Below the pieces are notes generated by a model, which was not told the origin of the DNA, did not search any database, and was given only the letters and a program-made list of their open reading frames with translations. Source: Candidatus Omnitrophota bacterium (GTDB taxonomy: Bacteria > Omnitrophota > Gorgyraeia > Zapsychrales > Fredricksoniimonadaceae). Taken from it: a stretch of 64,000 nucleotides of DNA. Location of the stretch: positions 65,285 through 129,284 of the forward strand of contig JADFXH010000006.1 in the NCBI GenBank assembly GCA_015233675.1. The letters are read 5' to 3'. The position numbers and the translations under genes are program-made. Of this stretch, positions 45,293 to 52,658 are shown piece after piece. The first letter of the stretch is position 1. Each line of letters starts with the position of its first letter.

Positions 45293-46055
45293 GAGCCTGG
45301 TGAAATAGTGCGTATCTTATTTTATTCCATCAAGTTATAGAAAGTCAGATTTCCAAAGTAAATAAACATATAAATAAATTCTTAAATACACTAACAAATT
45401 CTTTTATAAATATGTTTTTAAAATACTACGTATTTTAAAAAGCGTCCACTCACGTGTACGCTTTAGCCTTATCCATGAAGAGATAATATTAAATGATTAG
45501 GTATTAGATGAATTTGAGAAAGATAATAATATTTATAATTCTTGAAAGCATTTTGTAATAAGGTATTCATGGAGAAAGTTATATAGACGATTTTAACAGG
45601 TCGGTCGCTTTAAGGTCTCCGCTTTTCTACTCGCTAAATCATATTCATGTGGGTTAGATATAAGGGGTGCTTGAGACTAATAAATCCTTGCGTAAAATAC
45701 CTTTAAAAATCGCCTATATAGGGAAATGTATCCCAGGCCCTTTATCGGGGCTTAAAATGCCATTTAAACGCAAATGTGGGCTTGTTTTTTGATATATAAG
45801 ACATATAGTATATAACAATTTTAGAAGCCCGTTTAAAATGCCCATTTTAGGCCAGTTTTACCTCATTATCCCTGGCTACAGATGGGGACATGATAAAAAG
45901 TCATGTTTACCCCTCCCAGGTTCGTTCCAGGCATGAAATTGCCTATAAATTCATAAAACACCAATAAAGGAATATTAAAGCCTTTAAAATGTTTAAATGC
46001 GTTCAGGTGAGGTCGCTAAGATAATTAAATCAAAAATTCAACAATTTAGCGGGTT

Positions 46056-46265
46056 TTACTTTAATAGTTTGGAAGGGGTGGTATTTAAAGCCTTGGCAAT
46101 CTTTTCGACATTGAGCAATGTGACATTTTTTTCCGCCCGCTCAATTAAACCGATGTAGTTTCTGTGCAAGTCTGCTAATTCCGCAGTCTTTTCTTGAGAC
46201 ATTCCAATTTTTAATCTTTCCTGTCGGATTCTTCTGCCAAATTTTATTAGTATTTCTTTGCCCAT
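46056..46265 (-). CDS. XRE-family helix-turn-helix transcriptional regulator
   Basis: Cro/C1-type HTH pattern: IRQERLKIGMSQEKTAELADLHRNYIGLIERAEKNVTLLNVEKIAKALN. Confidence 0.85.
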   Translation of the reverse strand: MGKEILIKFGRRIRQERLKIGMSQEKTAELADLHRNYIGLIERAEKNVTLLNVEKIAKALNTTPSKLLK

Positions 46266-46298
46266 AAAAACCTCTGTATTTGGATTTAGTATACCGTG

Positions 46299-46344
46299 TT
46301 GACAGGCTGGCTTCTACACACTACAATGTTGCACACTATAGTGT
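46299..46344 (+). promoter_or_regulatory. promoter (TTGACA-17-TACAAT) with an overlapping 12-bp perfect palindrome operator ACACTATAGTGT
   Basis: Hexamers at 46299-46304 and 46322-46327. Palindrome at 46333-46344. A related half-site TACACACTACA lies at 46315-46325. Confidence 0.55.
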
Positions 46345-46366
46345 TCATAGCGAGTTATGAAAAAAC

Positions 46367-46642
46367 ATGCGAGGGAAAGAAAAAATAATTATTTGTGTAG
46401 AAATACGAAATGAGGAATTGGGAAACATGAAACAAGTCTATAAATATGTACTGATTTTATTGACGGGCGCAATCATTGTTTTTGTTTCCTTTGTGCTTAT
46501 GGTATTTCTTTCAGATAAATTATGTATACAACCCGACTGGCTAATTATTCTTCTTTTTTTAATTCCAATTTCATTAGGAGGGGTATTTACGAAATTAATA
46601 TGCAATAGAATTTCTAAAGGAAATGTTCAAATTGAATCTTAA
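46367..46642 (+). CDS. small two-TM membrane protein (hypothetical)
   Basis: ORF with two hydrophobic helices. The more likely start is ATG 46427 (MKQVYKYVLILL..). Confidence 0.45.
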   Translation: MRGKEKIIICVEIRNEELGNMKQVYKYVLILLTGAIIVFVSFVLMVFLSDKLCIQPDWLIILLFLIPISLGGVFTKLICNRISKGNVQIES

Positions 46643-46645
46643 AAA

Positions 46646-47389
46646 TTGACATTGAAAGGATGCTTCATGGCAAAAGTTAAACGGAATTATTTGTTAGAAG
46701 GAATATTGAAGGTTTTCGAGAATGAAAAAAGAGGAGCGGTTGCAGACCTTGGTTGTGGAGATGGCGATTATTCAGTAGCTTTAACGAAGATGGGTTTTAA
46801 AGTTATAGCGTGTGATTTAGATGTTAAGCGGTTTAAACACAATGGTAAAATCGACTTTAAAGTTTGTGATGTTACCAAACAATTACCCTTCGATGACGCC
46901 TCCTTTGATTTTGTTGTGTTAGCCGAAGTGATTGAACATTTGAGAAATCCTTATCAAGTTATGCAAGAATTAAGTCGAATACTGCGTCCAGGAGGGAAGA
47001 TTATTTTATCCACACCGAACATACTTAATTTAAAATCCAGGATGAGGTTTCTATTTGAAGGGTGTTGGGAGTTCTTTAGGGAACCGCCTCTTGAGAACTC
47101 TAAAAATCCTAAATCCGTGATTTATAATCTTCATCTTATTCCATGGCGATATCATGAATTGGAATATTTATTGGCTGATTCACAATTTGAAATTCAAACT
47201 ATAGCTTCAAGTATCTATGATAGCAAGGGGTTGTCTTTCTTAAAGCCACTAATTCAGTTTCAGCTAAAGTCAAAAGAAATGAGTTCGAGAAAAAAAGGGG
47301 GCTTAGATTATTCACGAATTAACAAGATTGTGTTATCGGATGAGATTCTTTATGGTCGCCATTTGATTATAAAAGCAATTAAAAAATAA
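46646..47389 (+). CDS. class I SAM-dependent methyltransferase (small-molecule/Methyltransf_11/23-like)
   Basis: Motif I VADLGCGDGDYS, acidic loop ACDLD, post-I FDFVVLAEVIEHL, RILRPGGKIILSTPN. The likely start is ATG 46668. Confidence 0.85.
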   Translation: MTLKGCFMAKVKRNYLLEGILKVFENEKRGAVADLGCGDGDYSVALTKMGFKVIACDLDVKRFKHNGKIDFKVCDVTKQLPFDDASFDFVVLAEVIEHLRNPYQVMQELSRILRPGGKIILSTPNILNLKSRMRFLFEGCWEFFREPPLENSKNPKSVIYNLHLIPWRYHELEYLLADSQFEIQTIASSIYDSKGLSFLKPLIQFQLKSKEMSSRKKGGLDYSRINKIVLSDEILYGRHLIIKAIKK

Positions 47390-48197
47390 AGGATACAAAA
47401 GGCGTTGGGGATGAATTTCTTTGGCAAAAGGTAGGGCTATTCATTATCAACTATTTGGTTTCGAATTAATTGATTTGGGACAGAAGTAAATAAAAATGAC
47501 TATCCATGGCTGTTCTCTTGAATCACTCCCTTGTAATTCTTGGCCCTCCGTATGGGTTTATTTACGATAGGGGCATCTGAAGGCAAAATTTTAAAATTTG
47601 TAAATTTGCACCTATACCCCCTGTGGTCGCCATTTTGGGGTGGCCATTAACTATCAACATGATAAACTGATAGTCAATGGCTGGATTGATTTTGTAAAGC
47701 GCATGGGTTATGAGGGCCTTTATCACCGTATTTTGAATATTTTTGTCTGGCTGTTGAGGTAAGTTAATTATCAAATATGGTAATTATTTTAAAATCAACT
47801 TAAAGGATGGTATCGTCGTTCAAATTTTCGAAATTTCCATTATTTTTCTTAAAAATGGCACTTTTTTACCGAAATTTCACTAAAAACGACCTTTTTCGCC
47901 CTTTTTTTAAGGTAGTTCAGTGCGGTTTCCTGTGTGAGTAGCTTAAAGAGCCATCAAAAATTAAATTTCAAAATTAACCTAAATTTGACGTAACTCTTTT
48001 ATTCTCAACAAATCATATGTCGTATTCTCCGAAGAATACAACACAAGCGCAAGCCCAAAAAGGGCTTTTAGACGAATCAACAACTATTTAATTATTTATA
48101 TCTTATATATAATAAAGACATTAACCCAGCCTTGTGGGAAGGGACTATCTTTTTATGAAGCTACAACGCTTTCATAGGAACTAAACATCAAAACGTC

Positions 48198-48226
48198 TTG
48201 ACGTCATAACGTCTTAATGGTATACT
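48198..48226 (+). promoter_or_regulatory. TA operon promoter (TTGACG-17-TATACT) with AACGTCTT direct repeats
   Basis: Hexamers at 48198-48203 and 48221-48226. AACGTCTTGACG / AACGTCTTAATG repeats overlap the promoter, consistent with autoregulation by an RHH antitoxin. Confidence 0.55.
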
Positions 48227-48244
48227 TCCAGTAGAAAGTGAGGT

Positions 48245-48484
48245 GTGGCTATGGCAACATTAACTAAACGGGCAACAGTGTATCTTGACCCTACCATTCA
48301 TCGAGTCCTCAAGGTGAAGTCTGCGGAGACAGAACATTCTATTTCCGAGATTGTCAACGAAGCTCTGCGCCATGAACTGGCCCAAGACCAGGGAGATTTG
48401 GCTTCTTTTTCTAAAAGGGCAAAAGAACCTACAATATCTTATGAAGACCTTTTAAAGAAACTTAAAAGTGATGGGAAAATATAA
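48245..48484 (+). CDS. ribbon-helix-helix type II antitoxin
   Basis: N-terminal TKRATVYLDPTIHRVLKVKSAETEHSISEIVNEALR is a beta-strand plus two helices typical of the RHH/CopG fold. It overlaps the toxin gene by 17 nt. ATG 48251 is the probable start. Confidence 0.75.
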   Translation: MAMATLTKRATVYLDPTIHRVLKVKSAETEHSISEIVNEALRHELAQDQGDLASFSKRAKEPTISYEDLLKKLKSDGKI

Positions 48485-48728
48485 AATTGAAATCAAGAAG
48501 TCTGCGGTTAAAGAAATTGAAGGGCTTCCTAAAAAGGATTTACAGTCCGTTCTTCAAAAGATTGCCGCTTTAGCCGAAAATCCCAGAGGGCAGGGATGCG
48601 AAAAGTTATCAGGTCAGGATAAATACCGTGTCCGTTACGGTGATTATCGAATCATTTATGCGATTGAAGATTTGCTTTTAGTTGTTTATGTCGTCAAGGT
48701 CGGACATCGAAGGGATGTTTACAGATGA
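48468..48728 (+). CDS. RelE/ParE-family type II toxin
   Basis: K..K+ALK.I..LP....+I...I..L..NP....KL.G...YR+R.GDYRIIY.I.D..L.V.VV.VGHRRDVY pattern. Confidence 0.85.
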   Translation: MMGKYKIEIKKSAVKEIEGLPKKDLQSVLQKIAALAENPRGQGCEKLSGQDKYRVRYGDYRIIYAIEDLLLVVYVVKVGHRRDVYR

Positions 48729-48747
48729 CGTTATTTTGGATTTTTAA

Positions 48748-48774
48748 ATTATGTGAATGAGTCACATAATTTTG
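48748..48774 (+). terminator. terminator candidate after the TA operon
   Basis: ATTATGTGA-ATGAG-TCACATAAT 9-bp stem followed by TTTT. Confidence 0.5.
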
Positions 48775-48938
48775 TTCAACAACAGTAACATGAAAGGAGA
48801 AGGCTTGCAGGTTTAAGTCTTTTCCGACGGTAAAGAAGTAAGAAACTATTTTTAAAGAGACGCTTGGTGGACAAATTTAGCTTTTGATAAAACTGGTAGA
48901 AATTCAGTTTGTAAAAGAGCTAAAATTTGGTTTCTGGA

Positions 48939-48986
48939 AGTCTTCGGAACTAAGGGTTGGGGGTTCGAGTCCCTCCAGGCGCGTTT
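48939..48986 (+). repeat. attR: displaced 3' half of tRNA-Arg (anticodon loop to 3' end)
   Basis: AGTCTTCGGAACTAAGGGTTG-GGGGTTCGAGTCCCTC-CAGGCGCGTTT. The T stem differs from the intact gene by paired changes (GCTGG/CCAGC vs GGGGG/CCCTC) and remains foldable. Confidence 0.8.
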
Positions 48987-49115
48987 AGATTCCGTGGGAG
49001 GGACTCGAAGGAGCTCTGCTTATAAAGTCCGACGGATAGGAGGACTTTATAGGGCGGGTGGCCGACCCGAAGCGACTCTCGCCGCCAAGAGGCGGCGAGG
49101 TGGAGCGAAGGGCGC

Positions 49116-49136
49116 CGAGTCCCTCCAGGCGCGTTT
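49116..49136 (+). repeat. second perfect copy of the tRNA 3'-end segment CGAGTCCCTCCAGGCGCGTTT
   Basis: 21/21 identical to 48966-48986. The two copies bracket a 129-bp GC-rich multi-hairpin segment. Confidence 0.8.
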
Positions 49137-49265
49137 TAATATACTGCCCGCAAAATGAAGCAATAGAGAATATTTAAAGAATATGGTATGTTTTTTAATT
49201 TAGGTTAAATGGTTTAATCATTTTTGTCTTTACTTTAAAATAATTTTTGGCTATAGTTTTTTGCG

Positions 49266-50357
49266 ATGACAGTTGAAACTTCCTTATATAATACTCCTTT
49301 AGCAGACGAACATGTAGCCTTGGGCGCCAAAATGGTTAGCTTTGGCGGCTGGAACATGCCTTTGCAATATGAGAGCATTGCTACCGAATGGGAATATAAC
49401 CGCAAAGCGGTTTCCCTTTTTGACTGCTCCCATATGGGGGAGTTTATGATTAAAGGCGATGCAAAGGCCTGCGGGTTGGATTCCATTGTGATGCAGGCCA
49501 TCTCGGATATGCCGCTTAACTCCTGCCGTTATGGTGCCATGCTTAATGATTTAGGCGGAGTGATCGATGATCTGATCGTCTACCGCAAAGGCCTTCGAGA
49601 TTGGATGATCGTAGTCAATGCAGCTAATATAGAGAAGAACGCACGGCATTTTCGCGCTCATTTGAATTCAAGCGCTCAATTTGAAGACGCTTCTTTTAAG
49701 ACAGCCAAGTTGGATGTGCAGGGCCCCCAATCGCGGGACGCTTTAAAATTCTTGGCGCCCGGTATCGAAAAATTAACCTATTACACTTTTGATCAATTTC
49801 AGATAAATGGAATCTCCTGTTTGATCAGCCGAACGGGATACACCGGCGAGCTGGGTTATGAAATTTATTGCCCCTGGGAAAAAGCGAAAGAAATCTGGAA
49901 AACGATTTTGAACAATGCTACAGTAAAACCCACAGGCTTGGGGGTGCGTGATGTTTTGCGCGTGGAGATGTGTTACAGCCTTTATGGACATGAACTGGAA
50001 GAGACTATTTCTCCTTTGGAGGCTGGATTAGACAAATTTATTGATGAAAAAAAAGATTTTATCGGGTGTCAGTCGGTATCAGCCCATCCTCCAGGGAAAG
50101 TCATCGGTTATTTTATCAGCGCATCGCGTAGGAGTCCCAGGGCTGGGCATAAAATTTTTGATACATCGGGTAATGAAATTGGTGGGGTGACCAGCGGCAC
50201 TTTTTCTTTCGGCCTACAGCTTGGCATTGGCATAGGATTCATGATCCCCGACGCTAATAAGGTTGGAATGGGGGTGCTTTTTGGCGATGAAAAAAATAAA
50301 ACCGCAGCCACTGTTGCTAAAAGGCCATTTTATAAAAAAGGATCTTTAAAGTCATAG
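49266..50357 (+). CDS. gcvT: glycine cleavage system aminomethyltransferase (T protein)
   Basis: T.LY..H...GAKMV.F.GW.MP.QY, DVSHMG-like CSHMGEF, TGYTGE.G.E motifs. Confidence 0.95.
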   Translation: MTVETSLYNTPLADEHVALGAKMVSFGGWNMPLQYESIATEWEYNRKAVSLFDCSHMGEFMIKGDAKACGLDSIVMQAISDMPLNSCRYGAMLNDLGGVIDDLIVYRKGLRDWMIVVNAANIEKNARHFRAHLNSSAQFEDASFKTAKLDVQGPQSRDALKFLAPGIEKLTYYTFDQFQINGISCLISRTGYTGELGYEIYCPWEKAKEIWKTILNNATVKPTGLGVRDVLRVEMCYSLYGHELEETISPLEAGLDKFIDEKKDFIGCQSVSAHPPGKVIGYFISASRRSPRAGHKIFDTSGNEIGGVTSGTFSFGLQLGIGIGFMIPDANKVGMGVLFGDEKNKTAATVAKRPFYKKGSLKS

Positions 50358-50421
50358 TTATAAATTAAACTGATTTTCCGCTTTTGCGGGAATGGCATGG
50401 GCCTTTAAACAGGAGACGGGT

Positions 50422-50811
50422 ATGGAGATTGAAGAAAATTTTCTTTATACAAAAGAACATGAATGGGTTTCTATTGAGGATAATATCGCCACGATGGGCA
50501 TCACCGATTACGCCCAGGAGGCTTTGGGTGATGTGACTTACGTCGAGTTGCCTGAGGAAGGGGCTGAAGTAGAGCAGTTCGAAGAGTTTGTTTCCGTCGA
50601 GTCGGTTAAGGCGGCGAGTGATATTTTCGCGCCCATGGCCGGAAAGGTATTAGAAGTCAATCGTAAACTTGAGGACGACCCGGCATGGATCAATAAGGAT
50701 TGCTACGGCAAAGGCTGGATCGCCAGGATCGAAGTGCGTGATATGGATGAAAGCACGAACCTGATGAGTGCAGAAGAATACCGTAATTATTTGGAGTCCC
50801 TCGAACACTGA
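50422..50811 (+). CDS. gcvH: glycine cleavage system H protein (lipoyl carrier)
   Basis: Y...HEW......ATMGITD+AQ..LGD+.+VELP and lipoyl-lysine motif ESVKAAS. AGGAG lies 6 nt before ATG 50422. The ORF-track start at 50392 overlaps an upstream hairpin. Confidence 0.95.
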   Translation: MEIEENFLYTKEHEWVSIEDNIATMGITDYAQEALGDVTYVELPEEGAEVEQFEEFVSVESVKAASDIFAPMAGKVLEVNRKLEDDPAWINKDCYGKGWIARIEVRDMDESTNLMSAEEYRNYLESLEH

Positions 50812-50854
50812 TTAGACCTGACCCTCCCTGCGGCCCGTAAGAGAGCCTTCGGTT

Positions 50855-52246
50855 ATGATAAGGTCATCTTGTCGACTAGAAAATAGTAAAAATAGGATTT
50901 TTAAATTGAACCCGTATATCACTAATACTCATCAAGAAGTCGGACAGATGCTTAAGGATATCGGTGTCGACAACATCGACGCCCTTTTTGCTGACATTAA
51001 GCCTGCACTAAGGCCTGTATCATTTGATCTTCCGCGGGGCCTTTCAGAAAGTGAAATTGTGCGTCATCTGACAGCTTTGTCTTTAAAGAATAATGTGCAC
51101 GTCATTCCTTTTATTGGCGGGGGATTTTATGATCATTATATCCCCGCGGCAGTATCCGCATTGATTTCTCGAGGAGAATTTTATACCGCATATACTCCTT
51201 ATCAGCCCGAATGCTCCCAGGGCACTTTACAGGCTTTGTTCGAGTATCAAAGTTCTATGTGCGCATTGACTGGTATGGAAGTTTCCAACGCTTCTTTGTA
51301 TGACGGGGGCACGGCCCTTTATGAAGCCATGATGATGGCCATCCGGATAACCGGGCGCAATAAAGTGATCATGGATGGAGGGGTCAGCCCTATTTACCGC
51401 AAGATTTTAAAAACATACACACACCATTTGTCTTATCAATTTGAAGAAACCCCTGTCGTGCATGGGCAAAGCAGCAGGGAAGAAATATGCCGACTTTTAG
51501 ACAACAAAGCCGCAGTTATCATACTGCAGAATCCTAATTTTTTCGGCGCCATTGATGATTTTACTGACGTCATACAAAAGGCCCATAGCGTCGGAGCATT
51601 GGCAGTTGTCAGCGCGTATCCCGTTTCATTGGGCGTATTAAAAACGCCTGCGTCCATGGACGCTGATATCGTTACCGGTGAAGGCCAGTCTTTGGGGTTG
51701 CCGCTTAATTTTGGCGGCCCATATTTGGGATTTATGTGCGCCCGTAAGAAATATATCCGTAAAATGCCCGGACGCATCGTCGGAGAAACAGTGGATTCCG
51801 GGCTTCGTCGCTGTTATGTCAATACGTTGCAGGCGCGCGAACAGCATATCCGCCGGCAAAGGGCCACGTCGAACATCTGTACTAATGTGTCTTTATGCGC
51901 CCTGCAGGCGGCGATCTTTATGGCGGTGGTCGGGAAGAACGGTCTGAAGGAAATGGCGCAGCTGAATTTAGATAAAGCTGAATATGCTAAACAACTTTTG
52001 TCCAAGATCAAAGGTGTGGAGGTCAAGCGATCCTCTCCTACCTTCAACGAATTTACCGTGCATCTGCCCGTGGATGCCTCAGCGGTGGTTGGGGCCATGA
52101 TGAAAAAAGGTTTCGCGGCTGGCTTTCCCCTGGGCCGTTATTATCCGGGCATGGAACGTTATTTGCTGATCGCTGTAACGGAGAAGAGGACCAGGGAAGA
52201 AATCGAGCGTTACGCCAAAGCGTTGCAGGAATCATTAGAGCAATAG
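50855..52246 (+). CDS. gcvPA: glycine dehydrogenase (decarboxylating) subunit 1
   Basis: YI..T..E...ML..IGV, FIGGG.YDHYIPA, YTPYQPE.SQG.LQ motifs. The true start may be TTG 50906 (LNPYITNT..). Confidence 0.93.
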   Translation: MIRSSCRLENSKNRIFKLNPYITNTHQEVGQMLKDIGVDNIDALFADIKPALRPVSFDLPRGLSESEIVRHLTALSLKNNVHVIPFIGGGFYDHYIPAAVSALISRGEFYTAYTPYQPECSQGTLQALFEYQSSMCALTGMEVSNASLYDGGTALYEAMMMAIRITGRNKVIMDGGVSPIYRKILKTYTHHLSYQFEETPVVHGQSSREEICRLLDNKAAVIILQNPNFFGAIDDFTDVIQKAHSVGALAVVSAYPVSLGVLKTPASMDADIVTGEGQSLGLPLNFGGPYLGFMCARKKYIRKMPGRIVGETVDSGLRRCYVNTLQAREQHIRRQRATSNICTNVSLCALQAAIFMAVVGKNGLKEMAQLNLDKAEYAKQLLSKIKGVEVKRSSPTFNEFTVHLPVDASAVVGAMMKKGFAAGFPLGRYYPGMERYLLIAVTEKRTREEIERYAKALQESLEQ

Positions 52247-52275
52247 CTTGCGTATTTTGTGATTATTTGTTCATT

Positions 52276-52446
52276 GAGAAGAATAGGTATTATGTATTCG
52301 GCACGGAATATTTTTCCCGTTTGCTTCGGTTTACAGCAAAAATGTTCTAAAGATTCTCTTCATTTGGAACATTTTTGCTGTAATTCCTCGCAGACTTTTG
52401 GGAAAAAATTCCTGAATGTGCCAAATACATAATACCTATTCTTCTC
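52276..52446. repeat. 171-bp imperfect palindrome (MITE-like or structured RNA) in the gcvPA-gcvPB spacer
   Basis: The outer ~24 nt (GAGAAGAATAGGTATTATGTATT) and inner 17 nt (TACAGCAAAAATGTTC) pair almost perfectly with their reverse complements at 52372-52446. The middle of the arms has diverged. Confidence 0.85.
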
Positions 52447-52467
52447 AAACGCAAGCATAGTTTGCAT

Positions 52468-52633
52468 GGCAGCAGGGATAGATTTGTTTTTGTGAACGAA
52501 CTGTCTTTTTAGTCAAAAGTTTGTTGTTATTACGGGAATCCTGAGGCTTTTGGCTGAAGGATGGCTGAACAACATGCTTTTGACGTTAAAAAAATGACCG
52601 TGAGTGAATAAAAGTAAATCTATGCCTGTTGCC
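52468..52633. repeat. second long nested inverted repeat in the same spacer
   Basis: Outer arms GGCAGCAGGGATAGATTT / AAATCTATGCCTGTTGCC. Inner arms GTCAAAAGTTTGTTGTT / AACAACATGCTTTTGAC. The loop contains GGGAATCCTGAGG. Confidence 0.7.
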
Positions 52634-52658
52634 TCATAGCGAATGGTATGGAGTATTT

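Larger units (their letters stand above)
42524..48986 (+). mobile_element. ~6.5 kb integrative element inserted in the 3' half of tRNA-Arg
   Basis: A 48-bp att repeat (42524-42571 vs 48939-48986, 41/48 identical) brackets an integrase, a Rep-like gene with iterons, an XRE regulator, a methyltransferase and a TA pair. The interior is visibly more AT-rich than the flanks. Confidence 0.75.

Noticed and set aside
46646-47389. DNA methyltransferase / restriction-modification module on the island
   Set aside because: Only class I SAM-binding motifs of the small-molecule/Methyltransf_11-23 type are visible. No (D/N)PP(Y/F) or ENV/PC-type catalytic motifs are present, and there is no nuclease partner.
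47562-47774. 70-aa minus-strand ORF in the 0.85-kb non-coding part of the island
   Set aside because: No RBS and no recognisable family. It may be a gene remnant, but I cannot support a call. The region also contains CGAAATTTC(C/A) repeats (47830-47880) of unknown meaning.
48939-49136. tmRNA or an intact second tRNA-Arg
   Set aside because: There is no 5' acceptor or D-arm half upstream, no tag-peptide ORF or resume codon, and no TTCGA T-loop in the second copy. It is best explained as att repeats.
49137-49265. Glycine riboswitch expected upstream of gcvT
   Set aside because: The 130-bp leader is AT-rich. It shows none of the conserved GGAGAG / CACCG-type cores or tandem aptamer helices I would expect. 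No call made.
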